Positions 9,043 through 17,659 of a stretch of DNA of 64,000 nt are shown here, one piece after another (positions within the stretch are counted from its first letter, which is position 1; the number at the start of each line of letters is the position of its first letter). The notes under the pieces are model-generated. The model was not told the DNA's origin. It did no database searches and saw only the letters and a program-made list of their open reading frames with translations. The translations under genes and the position numbers were made by a program. Source of the stretch: an uncultured Rikenellaceae bacterium (GTDB lineage: Bacteria > Bacteroidota > Bacteroidia > Bacteroidales > VadinHA17); assembly GCA_964634565.1 (NCBI GenBank), contig CAZWLP010000006.1, positions 6,242 to 70,241 on the forward strand. Reading direction: 5' to 3'.

Positions 9043-10314
9043 TTATTTTGTTCTGTAACCCAGGGATTCAATCTTTTCCTTTATACGGGAAAGATCAAAT
9101 GAATTACCTTTTAAGATCAGCTCGCCGGATTTAATATCGGCATTTGCTGATTCGACCCCTTCAATGCTTAATGCACCATTTTCAACACTTGCCTTACAGT
9201 GATTACAGGTCATGCCTGTAACATTAATCGTGGTAATATTCATCATATCAACTTTTATGTTATTACTTTCAAACTTTATCTTCCGGCTTTGCAGTAGTTT
9301 TTGTATATAGCCATTTATTATCAGGACTATAAGTAGAGTTGCAGAAATATAGCCTAACCAGAGTGGGAGCATATTATGATCGTGATTCATCATATTTTCA
9401 GGAACAGCAAACCATTCTGCAGGCAGAAGATTATTAATTATTGTACCAAAGATCAGGGCTCCTCCGATTATTGAAATAAGATAGCCACCAAGAGCTTTTC
9501 TTCCTAATACCCTGGCAATCATTGTTATAGTTGCCGCATTTGTGGCCGGTCCGGCCATCAGCAGTACAAGAGCAGCTCCTGGGCTGAGGCCTTTGAGCAT
9601 CAGTATTGCAGCTACGGGAACAGATGCTGTAGCACATATATATACAGGTATTGCAGCAACCAGGACAATAAGCATTTCCAGAAAATTATTACTTGTCTGG
9701 CCTGCAAAGAAATTATCCGGTATAATTACTGCCATCAGGGCTGCAATCATTAAACCAACTACCAGCCAGCCCATAATGTCCTGCAGAAATTCGACGAAAG
9801 CATAACGAAACATTTGCTTAATCTTTGGAAACAGTCCGGGGGCTAAGTTTCTGTTATTTAAGGTTTCTTCAAAATCGTCATTTTTCTCGTTCCGTGTAAT
9901 TTGGTTTGTTATCAGTCCTCCTCCTATACCTGTGAATAATGCAATTACTGGTCTTAATAGTGCAAATGGGAGGCCCAGCAGAGAATATGTTACCATAATA
10001 GAGTCGATTCCAGTCTGTGGGGTTGATATCAAAAATGAAACAGTTGAGCCCCTGGAAGCCCCATTTTTGTAAAATGATAACCCGGTTGGGATAACACCGC
10101 AGGAGCAAAGTGGCAGTGGTACTCCTAGTAAGGATGCATTTACTACTGCGCCGCGCCTGTTGCGACCCATATATTTCTTTACTTTGTTTTTCGGGAAAAG
10201 CAGGTATAATATTCCGGCAAAGAGGAAACCCAGGAGAAGGTAGGGAGCCATCTCTGTGGTGATAAACCATAGTTCATCGAGGTATAATTTTATATATAAT
10301 GCAATATCCCTCAT
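9043..10314 (-). CDS. COG0701-type metal permease fused to a C-terminal heavy-metal-associated (HMA) domain
   Basis: 423 aa. Polytopic membrane region with LPLCSCGVIP. The C-terminal roughly 70 aa carry GMTCNHCKASVE, the HMA CxxC metal-binding motif. Confidence 0.7.
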   Translation of the reverse strand: MRDIALYIKLYLDELWFITTEMAPYLLLGFLFAGILYLLFPKNKVKKYMGRNRRGAVVNASLLGVPLPLCSCGVIPTGLSFYKNGASRGSTVSFLISTPQTGIDSIMVTYSLLGLPFALLRPVIALFTGIGGGLITNQITRNEKNDDFEETLNNRNLAPGLFPKIKQMFRYAFVEFLQDIMGWLVVGLMIAALMAVIIPDNFFAGQTSNNFLEMLIVLVAAIPVYICATASVPVAAILMLKGLSPGAALVLLMAGPATNAATITMIARVLGRKALGGYLISIIGGALIFGTIINNLLPAEWFAVPENMMNHDHNMLPLWLGYISATLLIVLIINGYIQKLLQSRKIKFESNNIKVDMMNITTINVTGMTCNHCKASVENGALSIEGVESANADIKSGELILKGNSFDLSRIKEKIESLGYRTK

Positions 10315-10364
10315 TTTATACTATTAAGGTTTGAATGTGTGTTATTGTTCAATCAAAAACATGC

Positions 10365-11276
10365 TTATTTCCCTGACCGGGGATGATGCATGTCGATTGT
10401 TTTCTTAAGATAGAGTCTGTCTATATGAGTATAGATCTCTGTAGTAAGGATGGATTCGTGCCCCAGCATCTCCTGTACAGCCCTTAGATCGGCTCCTTTT
10501 TTAATCAGGTGGGTTGCGAAAGAGTGTCTGAAGGTGTGTGGACTAACCTTCTTCTTTATCCCGGCTAAATCTGAAAGATTCTTAATTATTGTATATATCA
10601 TCTCTCTGCTTAGCATTTTCCCCCTCCGATTCAGAAATAGTATGTTTATATCAGTTATTTTTTTCAGCCTGTTTCTGTCTTCCAGGTAATTTTTTATTTC
10701 CTTTATAACAATATTATTGAGTGGCACCAGCCTTTGCTTATCGCCCTTGCCGGTAACCATGATATATTCTTCTTTAAAGTGAAGATCTGTAAGCTTTATA
10801 TTTATTAATTCAGAAACTCTTAATCCACAGCCGTATAAGGTTTCGATTATTGCCTTGTTTCTCTGTCCTTCAGCCTTGCTAAGATTAATTGATGAAATTA
10901 TGGAGTCTATTTCCTCTTCAGAAAGAACTTCAGGTAATACTCTGCCAAGCCTTGGCGATTCAATAAGGGAGGCAGGGTTTTCTACAATTTTTCCTTCAAT
11001 AAGCATATACCTGAAAAAGCTCCTGACACCCGACAGTATCCTTGACTGAGTCCTGGGGTTATCAATATTCAGCCATATAATAAAACCCTTGATATCCTCA
11101 AAGGTGATAGAATCTGGCGATTTTGAATTTAACTCCGATATCGAAAATTTTTCAAGAAGAGCCACATCGTGCATATAGGCTTCTACAGAGTTATCTGAAA
11201 GTGACTTTTCAATTTTCAGAAAAGATTCAAATTCCTTAATAACTTCCATCCAAGTATCATCCCTGGAATCATTCAT
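10365..11276 (-). CDS. xerD: Tyrosine recombinase XerD
   Basis: 303 aa. Catalytic region HTFRHSFATHLI...LGHESILTTEIYTH is present. Divergent from aroQ, as is common in Bacteroidota. Confidence 0.8.
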   Translation of the reverse strand: MNDSRDDTWMEVIKEFESFLKIEKSLSDNSVEAYMHDVALLEKFSISELNSKSPDSITFEDIKGFIIWLNIDNPRTQSRILSGVRSFFRYMLIEGKIVENPASLIESPRLGRVLPEVLSEEEIDSIISSINLSKAEGQRNKAIIETLYGCGLRVSELINIKLTDLHFKEEYIMVTGKGDKQRLVPLNNIVIKEIKNYLEDRNRLKKITDINILFLNRRGKMLSREMIYTIIKNLSDLAGIKKKVSPHTFRHSFATHLIKKGADLRAVQEMLGHESILTTEIYTHIDRLYLKKTIDMHHPRSGK

Positions 11277-11382
11277 ATATGGAGTATTACTGATATTACA
11301 AATTTAGTAACATTATTGGCTTGGTAATTTAAGGAATGGATTTTTAGTATCTTTGTTTGCAAATATATTATATTACCTGTTT

Positions 11383-11811
11383 ATGCTTATTACAATTATT
11401 AACGGACCAAATTTAAATCTTCTCGGGAAAAGGGAGAACACGATTTATGGTGAGCAGTCTTATGATTCAATACTTGAATCACTTAAGACGAAGTATGCGG
11501 GTGTGGATTTAAGATTCTTCCAGTCGAATATAGAGGGGGAAATTGTTAATTTCTTACAAGATTTATCCGGCGAAAGCGATGGAATTATTCTGAATGCCGG
11601 TGGGTATACTCATACTTCAGTTGCAATAAGGGATGCAGTAATAGCTATTAAAATACCTGTTATTGAGGTACATATAAGTAATATTATGAAGAGGGAGGAG
11701 TTCAGGCATAAATCTCTCTTATCATCGGTTTGTTCAGGAACGATGTTTGGATTTGGCAGCAGGGTATACGAGCTGGCACTGGAAGCTTTTGTCAGGGAAA
11801 TAATAAAATAG
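11383..11811 (+). CDS. aroQ: Type II 3-dehydroquinate dehydratase
   Basis: Start taken at the ATG at 11383 (MLITIINGPNLNLLGKRE...). HISNI and GGYTHTS motifs are present. The ORF-track start at 11353 is TTG. Confidence 0.9.
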   Translation: MLITIINGPNLNLLGKRENTIYGEQSYDSILESLKTKYAGVDLRFFQSNIEGEIVNFLQDLSGESDGIILNAGGYTHTSVAIRDAVIAIKIPVIEVHISNIMKREEFRHKSLLSSVCSGTMFGFGSRVYELALEAFVREIIK

Positions 11812-13248
11812 ATGATTAAAATGGATAGAAAACGGACCAAGGTTGTTGCAACCATTTCAGATAAGAGATCGGAACCGGAATTTATAAGGCAACTCTATGA
11901 AGCAGGCATGGATGTTGTGAGGATCAATACTGCTCACCAGGATATTGAAACAACACTGAGGGTAATTGAGAATGTAAGGAAGGTTTCTGATAAAATTCCC
12001 TTCTTACTCGATACCAAAGGTCCTGAAGTCAGGACTACCATATGTGACGGTGAAGTTATGCTTTTTAAAGGACAGGAGATCAAGATAGTAGGTGAGCCTG
12101 ATGTTCATTCATCTTCATCATGCATATCGGTTTCTTATAAGGACTTTGCCAGAGATGTGCCACTGAAATCCAGTGTATTGATTGATGATGGCGATCTTGA
12201 ATTGCTTGTTAAGTCGAAGGACGGTAATACTCTGGTATGTGAGGTAATGAATGATGCACACCTGGGGTCAAGAAAGAGCGTTAACGTGCCGAATGTCAGG
12301 ATAAACCTGCCATCATTAAGTGAAAAGGACAGGAGGTATATTCAATTTGCCATTGAAAATGGGATAGATTTTATAGCACACTCTTTTGTAAGAAATGCCC
12401 AGGATGTAATTGATATACAAAATATTCTGGATAAGCATAACAGTGATATTAAGATAATTGCAAAAATAGAAAACCAGCAGGGAGTTGATAATCTGGGTGA
12501 GATTCTTGAACATTCCTATGGTGTAATGGTAGCAAGAGGAGATCTGGCAATTGAGATTCCTTACGAGCGAATTCCTGGTATTCAGCGTAAAATAATAGAA
12601 CGATGCATTAAGAAAAGGAAGCCGGTTATTGTTGCAACCCAGATGCTTCATTCAATGATAAACAACCCGCGTCCAACCCGTGCTGAAGTAAGTGATATAG
12701 CCAGTGCTATTTATACTCAGACCGATGCTATTATGCTAAGCGGAGAGACTGCCTATGGAAAATACCCGGTAGAGGCAGTTAAGATAATGTCGAGGGTAGC
12801 AAAGGAGGTAGAGAAAAATAAGGTAAAATTCCTTGAACTGCCTTCCGGTAACCTTACCGGTGAGGTATCGGCTTATCTGGCGAAGGTAGCTGTAAAAACT
12901 GCCTCAAGGGTAGGTGCCAAGTGTATTATATGTGATACCGTAAGAGGCAGGACGGTCAGGAATATGGCATCTTTCAGAGGAATAAATTATGTAATGGCAC
13001 AGTGTTATTCCTCCAGAACTATGAGAGAATTGGCTCTTTCCTATGGTGTATATGCATCCCTGCAGGAGAAGCATAAGTCATCTGATATGTTTCTGAAAGT
13101 TGCACTTTCAGGTTTACTTAAAACGGAAGATCTGAAAGATGAGGATATGATTGTTGTTCTTGCCGGAAACTTTTCGAGAGGATCAGGCTCTTCCTATATA
13201 GAGGTTGGCTCTGTCGAATATCTTAAAGAGAGAGCAGGTGGAGCCTGA
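11812..13248 (+). CDS. pyk: Pyruvate kinase
   Basis: 478 aa with TKGPEVRT, MVARGDLAIEIP and ATQMLHSM motifs. Its ATG directly follows the aroQ TAG stop. Confidence 0.93.
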   Translation: MIKMDRKRTKVVATISDKRSEPEFIRQLYEAGMDVVRINTAHQDIETTLRVIENVRKVSDKIPFLLDTKGPEVRTTICDGEVMLFKGQEIKIVGEPDVHSSSSCISVSYKDFARDVPLKSSVLIDDGDLELLVKSKDGNTLVCEVMNDAHLGSRKSVNVPNVRINLPSLSEKDRRYIQFAIENGIDFIAHSFVRNAQDVIDIQNILDKHNSDIKIIAKIENQQGVDNLGEILEHSYGVMVARGDLAIEIPYERIPGIQRKIIERCIKKRKPVIVATQMLHSMINNPRPTRAEVSDIASAIYTQTDAIMLSGETAYGKYPVEAVKIMSRVAKEVEKNKVKFLELPSGNLTGEVSAYLAKVAVKTASRVGAKCIICDTVRGRTVRNMASFRGINYVMAQCYSSRTMRELALSYGVYASLQEKHKSSDMFLKVALSGLLKTEDLKDEDMIVVLAGNFSRGSGSSYIEVGSVEYLKERAGGA

Positions 13249-13297
13249 CTATGTTGGTCTGATTTTTGATGTATTTCAGGGTTTTTTATCAAGATGA

Positions 13298-13792
13298 ATG
13301 GTTAAATTGTTCTTCATATTAATTGCCATGCTGCCGTTTCATCCGGTTCATGTATCAATGTCAAGTTTGTATCGGGATAGCGAAAGTGATAAGCTTATGC
13401 TTTCTGTTAGGATGTACACTGATGATCTGGCTTTGGATCTTTATAGATTGTATGATGCAGAAGGCGTTTACTCTGAGTTTGATCATCTTTTTACCTTTAC
13501 GGGTTCAGACTCATATTATGAACAATATATCAGCGATCATTTTAATATACTTTTTGACGGGAAAGCTTCTGTTTTAAAATTTGATAAAAAGGAAATTCTT
13601 GATCTTGAAACATTATTGTACTTTTCAGTTGATACAGATAAAGATAAACCTGGAAGGATAAGTGTTATAAATAAAATACTTACCGGTATGTACAACGATC
13701 AGGTTAACCTGTTTATCCTGAAATTAAATGATACCGAGAAGGGAGTTAAATTCACTGCCTCCAGTACCGAAGAGGTATTTGTGGGTAACTAA
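13298..13792 (+). CDS. Hypothetical protein, possibly DUF6702 family
   Basis: 164 aa. A short hydrophobic N-terminus is followed by HPVHVSMSSL....L.L.VRMYTDDLALDL, a pattern I recall from the Bacteroidota DUF6702 family. This is a memory-based assignment. Confidence 0.45.
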   Translation: MVKLFFILIAMLPFHPVHVSMSSLYRDSESDKLMLSVRMYTDDLALDLYRLYDAEGVYSEFDHLFTFTGSDSYYEQYISDHFNILFDGKASVLKFDKKEILDLETLLYFSVDTDKDKPGRISVINKILTGMYNDQVNLFILKLNDTEKGVKFTASSTEEVFVGN

Positions 13793-13809
13793 ACTGTAAT
13801 GAGATATCA

Positions 13810-16419
13810 ATGAAGCAAAAAATTCTAATATTTCTACTTATAATACTGACATCCAGGACATATGCTACGCATAACAGGGCAGGAGAGATTACTTACAGAC
13901 AGATATCTGATCTTACTTATGAAATTACTATAACAACATTTACCTATGTTTTAAGCCTGGCCGACAGGAATGCTCTTGAGGTTAGCTGGGGTGATAACAC
14001 CACATCAATAGCACCAAGGGTTGAATTACAGCAGCTTCCTAATTATTACCAGAGGAATGTATATAAGATTCAGCATACATATCCGGGATCTGGTGTTTAT
14101 AAAATAGTGGTGCAGGATCCCAACAGGAATGATGGGATTAATAATATACCTAACTCTGTTAATGTCGTATTTTCAATATCTACCATCTTACTGGCAGATC
14201 CAAATATTGGATATAATAATACCCCTGCACTATTGAATCCGCCCTACGATAAGGCAGCCCTTGGTCACAGGTTTATACATAACCCGGGAGCATTTGATAT
14301 TGATGGCGACAGTCTTTCTTACCGTCTTACAGTTTGTACAAGAGAGGATGGTATTCCTATTGAGAATTATACTTACCCGCCTGCTTCAGTTGAATTTTAT
14401 ATTGATTCGCTAACAGGAGACCTGGTCTGGGATTCTCCGATGGAACTGGGCCGGTATAATGTTGCAATTGAGATTAATGAGTGGAGAATGGGATATAAGA
14501 TAGGATCGGTTGTAAGGGATATGCAGATTGATGTTTATGAGACCGATAATAATCCACCTCTTAACGGTCCGCTTGATAATTTCTGTATAGAAGCTGGAGA
14601 TTCGGTAGAATTTGATGTAACTGCTACAGATGAAGATGGAGATATTATGACTCTGCTTGCAACATCAGGACTATTCACATTTAATAGCTGTGTACCCACC
14701 TTCGACAGTATATCGGTCGGCCCGGGTACAGCCACTTACAGGTTTAAATGGATTAGTTGTCATGATGCTGTTCGCGACCAGCCCTATGATATTCTGATTA
14801 AATCGGAGGATAATAATCCTGAAATAGAATTATTTGATCTCGATAATTTTCATATTAAGGTACTTGGCCCATCACCGGCTCTTTTAAGCGCATCCCCTCA
14901 GGGTAAGTTTGTCAGGCTTAGCTGGGACAGCTATGAAACAGATATAATAAAAGGTTATAATATTTATCGTCGGGTTAATCCTACTTCCTTTGTTCCCGAC
15001 TCATGTACTAATGGAATTCCTGACTACCTTGGCTTTGAACTGGTTGGTTTTGCTTCAGGCTATAATACACTTAACTTTACTGATACAAACAGTGATAAGG
15101 GACTGGAAAATGGTGTTCAGTATAGCTACAGGATTGTCGCAGTATATCCTAATGGTGCGGAGAGTAAAACATCGAATGAGATTACTACAGCACTTATTTC
15201 CGGCGTACCGGTAATAGTTAAGGCAAGTGTACTTGAGACCGATGCTATTAACGGGAAGGTGCTTTTAGAGTGGCTTAAGCCGGATCAACTTGATACCATC
15301 CCCGCATTGGGGCCTTTTGATGTACTCGTCTCAAGATCTGAAGGGATTACAGGAGATAATTTTCAGTTAATAAAAACCTTCACCGATCTGAATGATACTA
15401 CCCTTGTGGATTCTTTAATAAATACTGTAGATCAGGCATATATCTACAGGGTGGAAATTTATAATAATGAAATTGATAATGAAGGCTTTATAGGAGATCC
15501 AGGAATTGCATCCACACCTTATATGGATTTGTCTACAGGTGATAAGAAGGTAAATATCAATATAAGTATAAATGTTCCATGGATTAATACTGACTATATA
15601 ATATACAGGTATAATGACCTGAGTACCGACTGGGATTCTATAGGATCAACAAATCTGCTGAGCTATGTTGATGGCGGACTGCTTAATGGTCAGAATTATT
15701 GTTACTATATTAAGTCAGAGGGTGAGTATAAGAGTCCGACCCTGCCCGACAGTATTGTTAATTTTTCGCAGCGGGCCTGTATGGTTCCATACGATAACGA
15801 GCCGCCCTGTACTCCGGATCTGGAGGTATCTACCAACTGTGATGATCTTTATAACTTTCTCGTATGGGATTATGAAGACCCGGCATGTTTTGATGATGTG
15901 GCAGGATATAATATTTATTATAAGGGAGATTTCTCTGCGAGTCTGGAGTTCCTTTATGAAGTTGAATCGCCGGATACCTTAAATTACAGACATGATTTAA
16001 ATAAACCAGGGCAAATTGTAGCGGGTTGTTACGCAGTATCTGCTTACGACAGTAATGGCAATGAAAGTCCGAGATCCATTACCATATGCGTTGATTCCTG
16101 TAACTTTTACGAGATTCCAAATGTATTTACGCCAAATGGAGATGGTAAGAATGATCTTCTTATTGCCAAGACTTCAGGATTGATTGAAAAAGTTGATTTC
16201 AGGTTATTTAACCGTACCGGCATTGAGATTTTCAGAACATCTGAGCCCCGGCTCGACTGGAACGGAACGTATAAGGGCGATCTGATAGCCCCTGGTGTGT
16301 ATTTTTATCAGTGTGATGTATTTGAAAGAAGGATTAGCGGACTTGAACAGTATCACCTTTCGGGTTTTATTCATATAATAACCGAAAAGGGTGCAAATCC
16401 GGTAATTATTGAATATTAA
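13810..16419 (+). CDS. T9SS type-B sorting-domain (gliding-motility-associated C-terminal domain) surface protein
   Basis: 869 aa with a signal peptide and an N-terminal HNRAGEITY motif. The C-terminal FTPNGDGKNDLL...LFNRTG...W.G...G...GVYFY motif is typical of the CHU_C/type-B CTD. Confidence 0.8.
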   Translation: MKQKILIFLLIILTSRTYATHNRAGEITYRQISDLTYEITITTFTYVLSLADRNALEVSWGDNTTSIAPRVELQQLPNYYQRNVYKIQHTYPGSGVYKIVVQDPNRNDGINNIPNSVNVVFSISTILLADPNIGYNNTPALLNPPYDKAALGHRFIHNPGAFDIDGDSLSYRLTVCTREDGIPIENYTYPPASVEFYIDSLTGDLVWDSPMELGRYNVAIEINEWRMGYKIGSVVRDMQIDVYETDNNPPLNGPLDNFCIEAGDSVEFDVTATDEDGDIMTLLATSGLFTFNSCVPTFDSISVGPGTATYRFKWISCHDAVRDQPYDILIKSEDNNPEIELFDLDNFHIKVLGPSPALLSASPQGKFVRLSWDSYETDIIKGYNIYRRVNPTSFVPDSCTNGIPDYLGFELVGFASGYNTLNFTDTNSDKGLENGVQYSYRIVAVYPNGAESKTSNEITTALISGVPVIVKASVLETDAINGKVLLEWLKPDQLDTIPALGPFDVLVSRSEGITGDNFQLIKTFTDLNDTTLVDSLINTVDQAYIYRVEIYNNEIDNEGFIGDPGIASTPYMDLSTGDKKVNINISINVPWINTDYIIYRYNDLSTDWDSIGSTNLLSYVDGGLLNGQNYCYYIKSEGEYKSPTLPDSIVNFSQRACMVPYDNEPPCTPDLEVSTNCDDLYNFLVWDYEDPACFDDVAGYNIYYKGDFSASLEFLYEVESPDTLNYRHDLNKPGQIVAGCYAVSAYDSNGNESPRSITICVDSCNFYEIPNVFTPNGDGKNDLLIAKTSGLIEKVDFRLFNRTGIEIFRTSEPRLDWNGTYKGDLIAPGVYFYQCDVFERRISGLEQYHLSGFIHIITEKGANPVIIEY

Positions 16420-16428
16420 GTGCATATT

Positions 16429-17634
16429 ATGAAGCTAAAAACAGGAATTCTGATTCTTTTAAGCGGTATTGCTCTGAGCAGTCCGGCACAGGACATGAAT
16501 GATCTAATCAGAAGATCGGCAGCAAGGCTTGAAAACGGGCAGTATTCCAGTGCGGCTGAATTATGCAGGGAGGCACTGTCGACAGATAAGGATTACAGGC
16601 TATATCTTATTATGGCAGATGCACAATTAGCTATGGGACTGAGTTCTGAGGCTGAAGATTTATATCAGAAGGCCAGTAATATTGTTGATGGAGCCGGCGA
16701 CTTTGGACTTGCAATTATCTATGCCGACAGAAATGATCCCCAAAAGATGGTATATCATCTTGAAAAACACCTCAGGTCGCCATTTAAGAAGACCGAATCG
16801 GAAATATTGCTTAACGATCATTTTACCTCTTTGCAATCTTCTATGGAATGGAAAAACCTATGGAAGCGATCCTGGTATACCGAATTAGAAAAAGGATTAT
16901 CTGAGGCACTTTATCTGATAGAAAATTCCAGGCTGGAAGAGCTTGAGCATCTTGAAAATAATCTTCTTCCGTTATATAGTGATAAGCCTTCAATGCAATA
17001 TCTCCAGGGACTTGTAAGTATGGCACATGGAGATATAAGGGGAGCACAGGATAAAATCAGGAAATCTATAAGTGAAGGATATATTAATCCTGGTGCTTAC
17101 CTGAATTTTATTGATATTTTGATTAAAGACAGGAATTATGCAGAAGCAGCGAATATAAGCGAAAAGGCTAATGAGCTTTTCCCTTCTGAATCATTGTTTG
17201 TTCTTAAGCTGGCAGAGTCAAACAGGCTATTGGGAGATCGTGATAGAGCAGCCGAACTTGTGAAATACTACCTTTTTTTATATCCGGATAGCGAAGCAGG
17301 CTTATCTATGGCAGGGCAAATATCTAACGAGAAAAGAAGCTATAGCGAGGCACTTAAATATTTTACAAGAAGTATTGATCTATATCCAGGCAATGCAGAT
17401 CATTATATTGACAGGGCTGATGTTTATAGCCGTACACAGACCTGGCAGTACGCTATTACAGATTACTCCATGGCTCTTGATCTTGATCCCGGGAATGGAG
17501 ATGTCTATTATAAAAAGGGAAGTGCACTTTTAAGGATTGGAAATATCGATGATGCCTGTCGTGATTTCAGGATGGCTCTTAAGTATGGTAATAAAAAAGC
17601 TGCATCAGAGATTAATAAGCACTGTATTCGTTAA
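16429..17634 (+). CDS. Tetratricopeptide-repeat protein, secreted
   Basis: Start taken at the ATG at 16429 (MKLKTGILILLSGIALSSPAQ, a signal peptide). Several TPR-like A..Y..AL...P repeats are present. Confidence 0.7.
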   Translation: MKLKTGILILLSGIALSSPAQDMNDLIRRSAARLENGQYSSAAELCREALSTDKDYRLYLIMADAQLAMGLSSEAEDLYQKASNIVDGAGDFGLAIIYADRNDPQKMVYHLEKHLRSPFKKTESEILLNDHFTSLQSSMEWKNLWKRSWYTELEKGLSEALYLIENSRLEELEHLENNLLPLYSDKPSMQYLQGLVSMAHGDIRGAQDKIRKSISEGYINPGAYLNFIDILIKDRNYAEAANISEKANELFPSESLFVLKLAESNRLLGDRDRAAELVKYYLFLYPDSEAGLSMAGQISNEKRSYSEALKYFTRSIDLYPGNADHYIDRADVYSRTQTWQYAITDYSMALDLDPGNGDVYYKKGSALLRIGNIDDACRDFRMALKYGNKKAASEINKHCIR

Positions 17635-17659
17635 TTAACATATAGAGTTACTTATAACA

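Noticed and set aside
10365-11276. Tyrosine recombinase as the integrase of a mobile element
   Set aside because: The sequence and length fit chromosomal XerD. It is flanked by core genes (aroQ, permease), with no att-like repeats, tRNA or cargo genes.
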